Below, piece by piece: positions 35,409-48,933 of a DNA stretch of 64,000 nt. This DNA is from Novakomyces olei (taxonomy: Eukaryota). The translations under genes and the position numbers were made by a program. The stretch lies in NCBI GenBank assembly GCA_016906335.1, contig JADEYG010000004.1, positions 1,426,001 through 1,490,000 on the forward strand, read 5' to 3'. Below the pieces are notes generated by a model. That model was not told the origin of the DNA. It saw only the letters and a program-made list of their open reading frames with translations, and made no database searches. Every line of letters begins with the position of its first letter. The stretch's first letter is position 1.

Positions 35409-37739
35409 GCCGGGGGCCAGTGATGTATAATACCCTTTCATTTTCGTCCAGGCTTTAAAGTCTGGCATAGTTATGGCATATTATTGAGCATATTTAAATT
35501 GCATTTTGTTTAGCATATTGTTGGCGTTTTTATTTTGATTCCATTAGTTCACCAATAGCGATACAACCCATCATGAGCATTCAAGAGCCTCGCGTATTGA
35601 ACGGACAGAAATCAAGTAATATTTTTTGACGGAGTCCCTGCCTCCACAATTCCAGTTATTGCTGGCGATTCCAACTCCATCGCCTGGCAGTACCAGTGGC
35701 GAAGGGACTGTATGAGCGCTGGAGTAATATAGAAATAGCTGTGGCAGTGGCGGTGACATGGCGACGATAGCTGGCAAGAAATATGTCGAAAGTAAGGGGA
35801 AGTCGTGACTGATACAGTATTATTTGTTGGAATGGCGTGTTGGCTGGAATGTGGCTTTAGCCGAAAGAAATAAGTATGAGTGGGTTGCGTTCGAGTGCCG
35901 GCTTCCGTCCATCGTTTTGACCTGCCACTGTTCAGGTGGACTGGCTGATTTATGAGGCTGGGACAAGGAAGGCAACTTTTATCTCATACCCGATTCTTAT
36001 GCGCATAGCGCGAGGCAAAACATTGGTGCCTGGAACCTTGATACAGGAAACAGCCGCCATGTGATGTATGCACTTACATCCCAAGTGCTTTGAGTCAATA
36101 TGAAGGATTAAATTATGGCTATTCCGAGCTCTCCAACAATTCGACCAAACCATGTTGCTCAATAACAAAAAGCTGCTCATCGGGCACAGCAGCTGAAAGC
36201 ATGGCTGTAGACCAGAATTCCTCTCATAAAAACGCTCTTCCACAAACAAACCTGTGGTATCCAAAATTAATGGAAGCAAGGTTGCCTGTCACGCGTAAAT
36301 ATGAATTGCTTGTTAGCATGGGCTTGGTAATTAATTACAGCATGTGTGCATGAATGGATTATTTGACATTCAAATTACAGTTTCGAGTAGAGGCCATGCA
36401 GTTATTTGCACGTATTTAAAGCGTGTTGCATCCTATTAGTTTGTGTTGGAAAGTTGTGTTTTATAAGCAGTGAATTAGCTTGAATGCCATCTAAATTTGA
36501 ATCTAGGTGCTACCTGTACTTATATAGTTTTCTATTTAAATCACTAAACGTAGATCAATCCTCAGTATTATTTTGATTATTTCCAACAGTCTGCAATCCA
36601 ACAGTCTGCAATGAACACGATAGAATGCATCTTTTTAAACTATTAATATTTTCGTTTATGCACGAGTTTTACAGTTTATCCATGAAGGTTGCGCGCGTGA
36701 GACGGCATCGTTACTTTGCCTACCAAAATCAAGAGACGAAATCTTTTGTTGTCCGTGTTGTAAATAATGCAAGGTGCTCATGAGACACTTGTTGCGCTTG
36801 TTTAGTAATCGCTTCGATGACTGCACGATTGAGCTTGCACATTTCGATACGTTATGTAATCTATTACAGTTTGGCCATAAAGATTTCAACTAATACGGTG
36901 AGACGGCGTGCAAACGGCCAAATTGATCTCGTCAAAACCTCCACGTTCTACAATCCACTCTTGAACAAACTACAAATAATCACATGCGAATGGAACATAA
37001 ATCTCGATAAAAAGGCCACAATCTCACCTGGATGTTGAACCTCTCTATACATCGTGGAGCAAACGCGTTAAAATATCGGGGCACTCCTTTTCACTTGCAG
37101 TTATGGCATCAGCAAGCAGTTGAGCAGCGTGCAAAACTTTTGTATCCTCACTTTGCCGCAAGCGCTTTAGTGTCTCGAACAGATGGTCGCGCTTATCTAA
37201 ATGAAAAAATGATTCTGACGGCGATAGCCAGTCGTCGCTTGTCTGTTCAGCAACGTTTGGTTTACTTTCTTTGGTACCTTTTCCTTATTCAAGCCAGTAA
37301 CCGTCATTGTCCTATTTAAAGCATCGGTAGCTTTTGGCGGCTCGGTGCGTGCAGGCTTGATTGTGCTATTCGCGGAACTTTGTAGATGTTGCATATCTCT
37401 GTGCTTTCTAAAAGTAAGCAAAAGTACGAGCGCACCGCCCTGTTGTCGAGTGCTGCGCCACGGGGTCCTCCCTTATACCGGATTCATCGCGCCCTCCTGC
37501 CTGCATTTCCGCTGTTGCTATTGACGTCATCTGCAATGCAAACAAAAAGGCGATACTGAGCCAGCTAAAAATCAAGCGTCTACAGATTCAAAAATAGGCA
37601 AAACGTCAGCCAATACAAGAAGGGGCATGGTTCCAAGCTCCCAGCACCGCCCGGGTGCCAGCCAGCTTTGTGAATTTGCCACGGCCATGCTGTTGCATGT
37701 GTTCTGGCGCCTGCAAATTTGCGGCGGCTGATGGTATGC

Positions 37740-37826
37740 GGTCGGCTGAAGGTCGGCTGAGGACCGGCTGAGGACCGGCTGAGGACCGACTGATTGTCGG
37801 CTGAGCGCGGCGGCGGCGGCGGCGGC
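37740..37826. repeat. Short tandem GGACCGGCTGA-like repeats and (GGC)n upstream of the AhpD-like gene
   Basis: Direct observation. Confidence 0.7.
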
Positions 37827-37942
37827 CAATAACTACCGCTTGGCACTGTGTTCTAGCGTGTATATATAGGGCGCTGAAAGGAAGCGTGAATCCGCAGGCG
37901 ACTGTGTAATTGCAAGCAGAGGTTTGGCTGATATAATTCACC

Positions 37943-38527
37943 ATGACGCACCTTACCGAATACCCGTTCAAGGTGGCAATACCGCTGCCGAGTGACGAGG
38001 AGATTGGGCCGGAAATGGTGAAGTATCTGCACGAAAAAGCGCAGGACTACAAGGACGGCCGCATGATGCTGGGTGCGGGTTCCCTCGGGCAGCCCATAGT
38101 GGAGCTGGCCCGGGCCATATTTAGGGTAGAGGGCGTCGACGAGAAGATCCGAGAGTTTATCTGCCTCAGGATCTGCAAGCTTTTGGGCGGCGTCAACCCT
38201 TGGGGGCCGAACCTGCGCATGCTTGACAATCTTCAAGCTTCAGAGGCGGAGAAGCAGGGCATCCAGAACGACGGGCCTGTGACCGGTGTCGACGAAGAGG
38301 CGCAGCTGATTATTCGTGCAACTGAGGAATTGACACTCAAAGGCGCCGTCTCTGACACGACATTTGAGTTGATGCGTGAGCGCTATTCCGACGATATTTG
38401 CCGCAAGTACATTGCCGTCATGTGCTGGTATAACTTTTTCAATCGTTATCTAATTTCGACCCGTGTACCGCCCGAGAGTGAACAGGGGACGATTGAGAAG
38501 GTGGGCAAAAAGACGATGCCGGCTTGA
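37943..38527 (+). CDS. AhpD-like / carboxymuconolactone decarboxylase-fold protein, intronless
   Basis: REFICLRI...W, ATEELT...VSDTTFELMRERYSD, WYNFFNR pattern; TATATA at ~37861. Confidence 0.65.
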   Translation: MTHLTEYPFKVAIPLPSDEEIGPEMVKYLHEKAQDYKDGRMMLGAGSLGQPIVELARAIFRVEGVDEKIREFICLRICKLLGGVNPWGPNLRMLDNLQASEAEKQGIQNDGPVTGVDEEAQLIIRATEELTLKGAVSDTTFELMRERYSDDICRKYIAVMCWYNFFNRYLISTRVPPESEQGTIEKVGKKTMPA

Positions 38528-39318
38528 ACTGCAGTTATCTTACCATCGTGTCTTTTGAGCGAGTAGGCCGCTCACTACGAAACTCTGTAGTAATTTTGGC
38601 CATAATCCAAACAGACCTTCATTCAACCATCAATAGCCATGATAATCATATGCAATGCCCTAGAAAATGTCGCATTCATCTTCTGAGAACCTTACATCTA
38701 TTATTCCTCACTAGCCATGACGAACTCGCAATAGCTCAAACTTTTGCTTCTCAGTCCAAATCATCATCCATTTGAATTTAATTGTCCAATGAATAGATCA
38801 TAGCCCAGCAAGTCGTGATGCCGCCGCCGAGGTTTCAGTCGATCATTTTATTTTGAAGATAGCAATGAGTCATGATTAATCTACTGGCTCTCATTTGACA
38901 CTTCACGCCTGCTATAAACTGCTTTCACAAATATAGTTTAACCAACAAGATTGCATCGGCCAGAGGGATGCCGACGGCGCCCTCATAGTGGGTCAAAATA
39001 AGCCTTTGTGCGACCGAGCTGATAGTACAGTTTTTGTGTTCTGTGAGGTGAAAGGAAGGAGAGATGTATGATAGACTATCTCAGAAAGCAACCGGCTGAA
39101 ATTGCAAACCCAAAGCTATATGTTCTGCTCTAGTCACATAATCTGGTGTTTCCGTGCGTATGTTATCGTAAATAAGATGAAACGCTGTGACAATAAATTC
39201 CGTCATATTTTGAATGCTCTAATTGTGATATTAAAACAAATGCAGCGTCTGCCACTGCTCACTTTGATATGATTGATTGCCATTTACTGGTAGAGCCTAC
39301 AGTGGTCTGTTACAGACC

Positions 39319-40167
39319 ATGGCAAGGTTAATGGATTACACAACATGTGCCGAAAGCTTGCAGCTGCTGCCTTTGCTTACTATTGTTGATTCTTCTGGCG
39401 GAGCCCTTGAAAAGATCCCTTTTGCGTTCATCGAGCGTGCTGGATCGCCTGGTGTGAAGACAGTGCAGTATCTAGTACGCACACTATACAGCATTCTTTT
39501 GATTGATGAGGGATCAGTTGTGCTAGAATGTAATGGTTTTGCGTGCGAATTGTCTGACCTTACACGACCTGCTAGATACACGTTAGTACGACCTACTTCA
39601 GATTCGCTGCGCTTTCGACCGGGACCTCAAGGCAAGTCTCGATTTAAGACGCTTCCATCGGATGGAACGGGTTCGCAATCTACGTATAGCAGATCGTCGC
39701 GTAGCTCTGCACGGCAGCAAAATTTTAGGTTAGCTGCAATCGGCCGTGACAATTCTCGATGCTTGTTGAGCGGACTTCAGAGCCTGGATGTGCTTGAAGC
39801 TTGCCATATCGTTCCGTACAGTCTCGGCCAGGAATTTCTTGATGAGATAGTTGAAGCCAACGACTCTGATGGACTGGACATCGGTCTGTATAGCCTTGTG
39901 AACTCTCTTGTACTTCGGAAAGATCTACATCGCAGCTTCGACTGTTATCTTTTTGGTATATGGTATGAAAACGGGCATTATTACGTTCATTCTTTTGAAT
40001 CGACCATGTTTTATGAGTTCCATGGTATGGAGATTACCTGGCCAGACTTCATTCCGGACACTCGCAAACCAAGCCCACTTCTGCTGAATTGGCATTATTC
40101 TCAGTGTTTGATGGCCCGATTTAGGGGATTTAAGGTCAGCATACCGCTACCAGAATGTGAACTTTGA
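39319..40167 (+). CDS. HNH endonuclease (HNH_2-type) domain protein
   Basis: RDNSRCLLSG...EACHIVP...NSLVLRKDLHRSFD...PSPLLLNWHY. Confidence 0.85.
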   Translation: MARLMDYTTCAESLQLLPLLTIVDSSGGALEKIPFAFIERAGSPGVKTVQYLVRTLYSILLIDEGSVVLECNGFACELSDLTRPARYTLVRPTSDSLRFRPGPQGKSRFKTLPSDGTGSQSTYSRSSRSSARQQNFRLAAIGRDNSRCLLSGLQSLDVLEACHIVPYSLGQEFLDEIVEANDSDGLDIGLYSLVNSLVLRKDLHRSFDCYLFGIWYENGHYYVHSFESTMFYEFHGMEITWPDFIPDTRKPSPLLLNWHYSQCLMARFRGFKVSIPLPECEL

Positions 40168-40316
40168 GAGCATCGCACCTAATTTTGTTCACAATTTACA
40201 ATGTGCAGCCGATTGAAGCTGCTAGTCGATAAAAGCTGGAGACTCTACGGCAAACAGACCCTGCTGTGGGCTACTTAGATCATTATTTGCTCGCTATATC
40301 ACGTAAGAGTTGAATA

Positions 40317-40644
40317 CTAGTCGTTCGCAGACTCCAGAACTTTTTGCCAGTCAAACTTATGAATTTTTACTGCCTCGGGTGCCACTGGTTTCTCCATGGA
40401 ATCGATTTTTTCCGACGCCACCGAGACGGAAGTCCTAGTCAGAGAACTACCCTTTGCATCAAATGCCTCCGCTTCAACAGCAGTCACCAGCTCTCCCTCG
40501 ACAATAAATTTTATTTCGAATCCAGATCGAGTAGATTCACCCAAAAGAGTCCTGGAACCGTCGGTATGTGTGGAGAAGAAGCGCCAAATCTTTGTCTCTG
40601 TGTCGCCGTTCCACGATACATATATTTCTGTTTTTGAATTGCTC
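40317..40644 (-). pseudogene. C-terminal fragment resembling fungal arylsulfotransferase (ASST)-family proteins, 5' part replaced by a Copia remnant
   Basis: IYVSWNGDTE...W...RSGFE...AEAFDAKG. Confidence 0.55.
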
Positions 40645-40949
40645 TGAAGTTTTAACCCAACAAGAATATTGTCGAAGTGAAGCAAAAAAAATATTTATGA
40701 CTTTTGAATATACAACATAAACACATTCACATTTTTAATTAATTTTCTGAATTTTACGAATTATTTATGATCTTCGATTTGAAGGGGATGTTGAACTACT
40801 GATATTAATCGAAGATCCCAATTATGTTACACTAATTCTCTCTTTAATGGTTTAACTATCTATTCATTTTATGTAAACACAAATCCATAAAATCTCAAAA
40901 CCTCGGGTAGCTAATTCACTTTATTCTCCCCCTGTTCAAAGATCCAACA
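40645..40949 (+). mobile_element. Copia 3' remnant: PPT (gaagggga) plus 3' LTR 40789-40949; left boundary approximate
   Basis: LTR is a diverged reverse complement of 32160-32323. Confidence 0.75.
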
Positions 40950-41165
40950 CAGCCAATAAGAAGGCGGGGATTGTGTATTGCACGTGAAATACGGGAGAAT
41001 CGAAACGTATCCTAACACCACATAAATCACTACATTGTCGATAAAAGATACCTGGGACATTCATGGACTGACTATTTCTGAGCCAAAATAACCCTGGAAA
41101 TTAGCGACTCATTCCGAGATCCAACTTCCGCCTTCTGCTTAATTTGATAAGCCTACAACATTTGA

Positions 41166-43214
41166 ATGGCCAGAAGTATCAATGCACGCGGGCAGCATCG
41201 AAAAGTTAAAGGTCAGAATCAGAAGAATGCACTTGATCAGACGACAATTCGTGTAACTCAGCGGCCCCCACTGTCCTGCACCGAGTGTTCGCGCAGACGA
41301 ATCAAGTGCGACCGGAAGCTTCCTTGCTACAATTGTATTGTTAGGGGACAAAAAGACTCGTGCCAACGTGAGAAGGTCTTGGTTAAGGGTAGATTAATAG
41401 AGTACTATCGCTTGAGCTGATCGACTGTTTTGCTGACATTACGCTAGGGCTGCCGAAAAGGAACATGCTGGCACACTACCTGATGAGATATCTGCTATTC
41501 GCGCTCTTATTAGCTCGGAACACCGCTCCATTAATGCAGCTTGGAACCGAATCCGCGATATGGAAGAGAAAATTTCTATCCTGCGGTCTGGACATAATGA
41601 AGAATCTCTATCCAGTTCGTTCTGCTTTACTGAATTAATAACTTCAATGTTAAATCACTTCGTGTTCAATGTCGACGTCCATCCGACAATGCCATCAGTG
41701 AATGACATCATCGGAAAGCCTAATATTGTGTTGCACTTTTTAAATATTATGCCGGATAAACAAAATTGTCTTCGTCTTGTTGATGCAAACATTTCACAAC
41801 TTGCATGGAAGCATGCCGCCTTTATCGGCCCAATTTTTGAAGAGGAAGAAAAAGTTTTCTGGCAGCATGTACAGCAGGGAAACTACGATATTGATATTCA
41901 ATGGCTGGCGCTTTATCTTGCTGTATTGAGCGTAAGACTTTCTTAGTTTTCGCAGAAGTCGTAATCTGTTTAGCTGACACAAGAATAGACTTCGGTGTTG
42001 TGGCTAGGCGAGGAATTCAATTACACTGTTGATGGTCGTTTGCAAATGGCAAATCGTTTGACTCAAGCCTCTTTAATGGCGCTATCAGCCGCAAACTTTA
42101 CTTGTAATCATAGCATTCGATCCGCACAAGCGGTTGCTGTTCTCGTTTTAAATGCTGCACATTTGGGCATATCAAATAAGCTGTGGGTAGCCCAGAGCGC
42201 CGTCACTGAAATTATGCGTTCTCGTGGCATAATGCAAATGCTTGAGAGTCCAAGAGATTATGTGCTTGAAATTCGAGTCTGGTGGGTTTTAATTCTTGGA
42301 CAATATATGGATCCGAATCTCTGTCAAAGCCATTATGCTTTCGACAGCAACCCCATTGTATATCCGTCTGTCCTTACTGATGAAGACTACATGGCTGGTA
42401 AAGCTGAACCACCACCTGGAAGCTTTTCTATGTATTATGCGGTGCGCCTTCTTACCTCGATAGGTCTGATTCATCACAAATTCAAGAGGAAAATGATCCG
42501 CGAGCCATATCAAATTCAGCGTCATGTTGAAGCGACCTTGAAAGATCTTCGCCAACTACATGCGGAAATGCCACATTATTTAAGGCGTGATCGGCCATTT
42601 CCAGCAAGCCTTTCTGATAAAGATATGGCCTGGCTGTCTTGGCAACGATTCGAACTTTCTTTAGAATTAAGTTGTGCCGCCCTTGAAGTCGGGCGTCACG
42701 TTCATGGCTTGTGGCTTCAAGACGGCGGAAGTATGGAGTCTCGAAAGTTTTGCGTAAATGCTGCATTGAAGGTCGTTGAGCTCAGAATTTCAGACGTACC
42801 TGCGCATTGGAAAAATGAATGGTAATACATTTCGCTCTATAAATAGGCTTCTATAATAGGCTAATTATTTGCAGGGCGCTAACATTACTATGTGCCTCTG
42901 CCGCCATTACTCTTGCTATCGACATTCTGGCAGGAACAGTAGGAGAGGTCGAGTGGCATAAAATAGACGCGATCAAAAGCCTGAAGGCTTCTATAATTAA
43001 TACCTCAAAGCAGTGTAATATGAGCGGGCAAATGGTTACATTATTGAGGCATCTAACCAATCTTGTCGATCGAAGAGTTCTTAACGAGGCTCGGAAGGAA
43101 GACTTATTACTTGAATTGCAATATATACTTAGCTCGTATATCCGAAAGACACCTGAATCCAATACTTTACTTCATCAAGCCTCGAGTATCGATGTTGTGC
43201 CATTTATTGAATAG
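41166..43214 (+). CDS. Zn2Cys6 transcription factor; introns ~41402-41447, 41932-41988, 42822-42874
   Basis: CTECSRRRIKCDRKLPCYNCIVRGQKDSC; middle-homology-like region; GT..CTRAY..AG introns. Confidence 0.85.
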
Positions 43215-43960
43215 TATTTGATCTAATTATGGATTTAGCAAATATTTATACCTCAATTTAATTCTTATATATCGATAAATCTTAATTTTCAAATGAAATT
43301 CTCGTGGCTAGTTTTTGATGTTCTATGTAAACCGATTTTGTTACTAATTCCACGGTTCTGTAATCTTTTCTACCTTTAAGACTAAAAGATTGATGAAATA
43401 AGAGCCATAATAATTCGACATTGATAGGATTCTGCAAATAAAGTTTTTGTTAGTGCACGTAGCAGATTTTATAAGGAAATTTTAATTCGGTCTTCTCCGC
43501 CAGAGAAGTCAAGCAGACGTATGCTTTATGGTGGGTCCAAAAATTCTCTTGTTCTAGATTAAGAACACATTTATTGCACAGTATAACATCAGCGAGTCTG
43601 TATAAGCTTAATCAGCGAATTTTTATATGCTTGAACCACGAATTCAAAATTTTCAGGTAGACCGACCCACATTTCTGGAGATCTCAATTCCATCTTCTCA
43701 CCCAATGCCGGGACTGCCAGGAATTTCGAGATAAGGCTTCGAATGTCATCAGTATGCTTTTAGATAGTCCCTGCAAGTGCATTCTGGTTATTAAAACAAA
43801 ATTTGATCTCCAATTCCTGCTAATTATCTTGCCCGCGGTCTAGTTTCTGAATCTGGCGGATATGCCGCAATTATAACCCAAGCGCGATATAAGAACCCAA
43901 TGATCCGGTTCGCATGGAACTCTATTTCATACGCCCTTCTATCGCGAATTCCCCTATCCT

Positions 43961-45525
43961 ATGGACTTCAATCGGAACCATGTTAGTCGCTGGGTGCCAC
44001 GGTCGAAGGCAATTTTGAATACATGTCTTGTTCTGACCTCGATCATAACATCTGTTACGCTGGGCTATGACGGCTCCAGTATAAATGGACTCAACATTCT
44101 TCCCGGTTATTCTTCTTACTTCAATCTTACAACTGCAACCACATCACTAAATACGGCCATTGTGTATGTGGGCAGTGGTGTCGCAGGCTTTATTGTTGCC
44201 CCGTTAATGAACCAATATTCACGCCGCGGGGTCCTATGTATTGCGGCAAGTGTCACTATAGGTAAACTTGAACTCTCTGTGAACTGAACTGATTAGAAGT
44301 GGGTACTGTGCTGCAGGGGGCAGCGCAAAACATCGCAATGTTTATAGTCGGTCGTTTTCTCATCGGCCTCGGCACGGGAATTTCTGCTGCATGTGCTCCC
44401 TCCTATTTGGCTGAAACTTTGTCACAAGATCATCGTGTATGGGGGCTTGCAATCATTTATGATTTCTGGTATGTCGGAAGTCTAATTGCTGCCGGCATAA
44501 CCTACGGAACTGCAAAGATGCCGAATTCAACTTGGTCTTGGCGCATACCATCCTTAATTCAGGCCGTTCCTGGCATCTTATGCATTGCAATTCTACCATT
44601 TGTTGTTGAATCCCCGGTCTGGCTGCTCCGAAAAGGCAAGGTTCATGCTGCCCGTGAGAATTTAGCCATCATTATGGGCCCGTCATATGGGCCCGACAAC
44701 GAAGAGGTTATATCTCGAGCAATGGTAATTGCTGAGGAGATCGAATGGGAAAGAAAGGAGGCAAAGGGTCTTTTCAAAATGTTTAACACAAAAGCTAATC
44801 GAAGGGCCATACTCATTACCTTGTCTGTCGGATTTGTAATCATGTTATCCGGAAACAACATTATATCATACTATCTTGGCACAATGTTGGACGGGGCAGG
44901 AATTACAGACTCTAACACACAGCTTGAGATAAACGTCATTTTGCAAGCTATCTGCCTTGTCATGGCATTGCTGGGCACAGCCTTTGCGAATAAACTGGGC
45001 CGTCGGATGCTATTATTTATCAGCTTGGGCTCCATGACAGTATTTCTCTTTCTATTTGGGGGGCTGATGAAGCTATACGGAACATCCTCAAATAAATCTG
45101 GAGTTTACGGTACCGTGGCCATGATTTTCCTTACTCAGATGGCCTATAGCTTTGGTCTCACTCCGCTTACTGTAATGGTCCCTCCCGAAGTCCTGAATCA
45201 TACTATTCGCGATGCCGGAATGGCGCTTTATACCTTTGCTGTGAATGCTGCAGGTATTTTTGTCACGTTTGTTTTCCCGTTTGCACTGAATAATACGAGC
45301 TTTGCCTACAAAATGTACCTTATTAACGCAGCTTGGAACATTTTGGAATTGATATTCTGCTATTATTGTTGGATTGAGACATCTGGACTTTCCCTTGACG
45401 AGATTGCGCAGCTGCTCAATTCCAAGGTGAATGGGAATGTAGTAGAGTCTGACGAAGACACGCACGTAATCGACGGAGTTTGTGCGAAGAATGCGACAGT
45501 AGAGAAGACCACGTCAAAGGTTTAG
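43961..45525 (+). CDS. MFS sugar porter (hexose/lactose-cellodextrin permease-like); intron 44262-44299
   Basis: GYDGSSINGL, GRFLIGLG, WSWRIP, ESPVWL, GRR, PPEV, IETSG. Confidence 0.92.
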
Positions 45526-46751
45526 CCTTCAGGAATCCTATATAAGCGGGCGACTATTTGCACTATGTAGTTGAATTTATACTTCTGTTATTTACCATGT
45601 TGCATGATCGCGTCTGAAGAATTGAGTAATGATATAATATTTTTAAAGTATGCATTTAGCTGGACGCGGTTTGGCGCAATTGCGCGCCATTATTTAGAGA
45701 TAATAAATATACAATCTCTTTAGAGGATACTTCTGTAGATTATAAGCATGAGCTTCAGCCGCGTTATTTGCTTTTGATTCCTTGTTAATTTCTGCATTCT
45801 CAAAGCTCTTTTGACAAATTTAAGAATAAATACTTTGTTGAACAGAGAATCAGGTAAATCTAAAGTCTCCACCGAATCGCATTTTGAAATCCCAAGAAAT
45901 TTCTGAATTTATATAATTATTTGATATGTTATTATTATAATTACTTATATCAGTATATAAAAATATTAAGATTTTAAGTATAATATTAAATATAATAAAT
46001 TATTAATAAATTATAAATAATAAAAGAATTTTTTCCATTTTTTCATGAATTTATAAAAAATCATCATTGATATATTCTTTATGAATTATGTTTGATATGA
46101 GTGTCAATTTATATTTGTTTAAGATAAAAAGGTTGGAATTTGTTCTTATGGGAGATTAAATGAATTAGAAACTCTAGATTGCTTTAGCTGAATCCCCCAA
46201 GGGTATGAGGGTTCGCTTGAGCTATATATATGTAACTATGTATTTTTGAGTGAGGTTTCTATAAAGCTAAAGTCAAACAACTGACACTCATGGTAGAGTT
46301 GTCTTAGCCGGTCAGTGAGTCGGCGAGTGTATTATTATTATTATTATAGGGGGATAAATAGATTCATATTTCAACAATATTAATATATAAATATTTTTAT
46401 ATAAACGATTTTGAAATATGGACTCTGTCAACTTATAAATTTACTGTTCTAAATACTCTCATTCCTTCAATGCAAAATTGAAACTATTACGATCTGTCTT
46501 TACCCCGTATTGCTTATCTACTTTCAGGATATGAATATATATATCTATGGATGAAACCCTTTGACCTTGGGGGAATTTCACTGTCTTTTACTGTAGCAAG
46601 ATTATTAATATTAACCGTTCGAACAAACTATCCAACAATAATTTACATCAATAATTACAACAACGATTATTAAAATATAAATATTCAAACACATTTTATG
46701 AAACATATAAAAAATATGACAAATGGACTAAAGTGAACAAATTAGTAGATA

Positions 46752-47879
46752 TTAGTAGTCTTTGACGCCTGCAAGCTTGAGGATCAAGTCGTTCTCTTCC
46801 GGCTCCTCGAAAGGACGGTTACGGCAGTAAGGGTCGGGCTGACCGCAACGTGTACGTTGGGAATAGGAACCGTTGTATATGTTGTCATTTGGCCAGTGTG
46901 TCTATTTATCAGAATAATTGAGCTTGTTGAAGGGGCACTTACTGTTCCAATACGACGACGAAAAAAATCTGCTTTCTTAGCGATGGTTTCAGGCGTTGCA
47001 TTGGCGGCAGGACCATAGCAGGTATCTTCCAAAAGGATTAGAAATGATTCAAAGTCAAGATACGGGCTTACAGACGGCAAATCGCTCTTGGTCGCTCTCA
47101 GGACACACATTGTAATGAACAGTGCGCGAGTCCCAGATGATATAGTCTCCTGGTTCAGCGCACACTTTGACTACTTCACAACCACACTCCTTGAGCCAAT
47201 TTAACTCATCAGCGTTGATATCATAATAGTCTTTGGGATCACAGTTGGAGTTTTGCTTGCTCTGAAAATAGTTTTCAATAAGTTGATGAGAGCCACGGAG
47301 AACAACAAGACCCCCGTCTCTGGGTCCACTAGGCGTGAACGTAAGCACACCCTGGACACATTGCATTCCTTGGCGCAAAGGAGATTGATCGACGTGAGGC
47401 CACGGAGCCCATGGCTTACGCATCGAGTTGGGCAACATAATATTAACCGCATCAAACGAAACTAGAAGCTCTTCAGTGCCCCAAATTTTTTTAAATGTCT
47501 CGATTGCCTTGGGCTCCATGCGAGCCTCCCACATAAAGCGTTCGTGCTGCACCGAATACTGATTATGAATTCCCGCCATCAAGCTAGCTGGCATATGATC
47601 CGGTACCCAAGTAGATCTGTCTTCGCGTTGAAAGTCATAAGGGAAACTCTCGAGCCACGAAAATATCTTCTCGATATACTGTGCACATCGTTCTGACGGC
47701 ACGACATTCTTAATTACAGCATATCCATCGCGTAGCAAATCATCCCGAAAATCCCCGTATGTAATACCATGCTGGATGGCATTGAAATTTTTCTTGAGAT
47801 TTCTTGAATGGCTGCGAGCAGAATCTAATTGACTATTCATGGGAGCCGAAGCCTCAATTTCGACGGTTGTGGTAGCCAT
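46752..47879 (-). CDS. Phytanoyl-CoA dioxygenase (PhyH)-like Fe(II)/2OG oxygenase; introns 47026-47071 and 46902-46942
   Basis: WPHVDQ, DGGLVVLRGSH, WDSRTVHYN, RFAVYTCY, GTTHWP after splicing. Confidence 0.88.
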
Positions 47880-48933
47880 CCGGTTGTATACAGCACTTCC
47901 ACAAGTGAGCAGAATGCAGTCAGTATCTTCTGTTGAAATATTTACTCCCAGGGAGTAAAGTTCGTAGCGTTTTTGAGCCTGTGTTAAACAAGCGCGCTTA
48001 ATGGCTTTTTATCTACAGTACCCTTACTTTGCCCTTTCCGACCAAGTCGACCCAGCCAAAACTCGCCCGTGGTCGAGATTGGGTTCAAAAGAAATACTAT
48101 ACATTCGGTAAGGATTACCAAATTTGACCGCGGGCAAGATTGTGACGTTACACATTAATATCTTGATGTTCTGTGAACCCTGGCACGGATGTCGAAATTC
48201 GTCGATACACCCCTCTTCAATTATACGCTGATCATAATAAAATCATCGAGCTTACTAGCGTTTTGCAAAGCAACTTCTAGTCTCTCCGGAATTAGCAGTA
48301 CATGCCAATAAAGAAGGACTGGTCGGATCTGAGACCGAAAATGTCAACATTCAAAGTCAAATTTAAATCTATGACCATTATAATCATCAATGCAATGTAC
48401 TACGAGGTAAAACGTAAAACAGTTTCTTAAATAAGACGTTAAAGCGACAATCGTCCGTCGGCAGTGGTGAAGTTTGTTGCCTAACATATACTTTATCTTG
48501 TATAAAATAATGTATGATGACATATGTTGAGAGGTTGACTCTATATAACTTATATTTAACTCATTATTTGAAATAATCACTGTCTTTACATGAATAATTC
48601 TGTCTCTACTTACTGAAATCTCCTCTAATTTCTACATTCTGTCTTTACCAGATTTATTGAATATATATATCCCTGACAGCGCCTCTGAGCCTTTAGGGAC
48701 CCTTTATCATTCTTTCTACAGTCAGATAGTTAATATCAACCGTTCGAACTTCAAGGATAATTTTAATAATTTAACACAAACTAATGGTCTCTAATATATA
48801 TTTAAGTAGCACATTAATCTCACATACTATCTTTCCATAATTAACATCTGATATACAATACTCCTCCAAAACTCCTTTCACGTTGACTATTGACGGCCTC
48901 TACTATCCGCCGGAGTTCCATGCGCCCTGGCGA

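Noticed and set aside
36650-37420. Possible decayed gene on the minus strand (LDKRDHLFETLKRL...EWIVERGGFDEINL)
   Set aside because: Multiple stops and no family I can recognise; not supportable.
46120-48760. Weakly similar AT-rich segments (~46430-46625 and ~48580-48750, sharing TTAATAT.AACCGTTCGAAC) as solo LTRs
   Set aside because: Probably old repeat relics, but termini and TSDs could not be defined.
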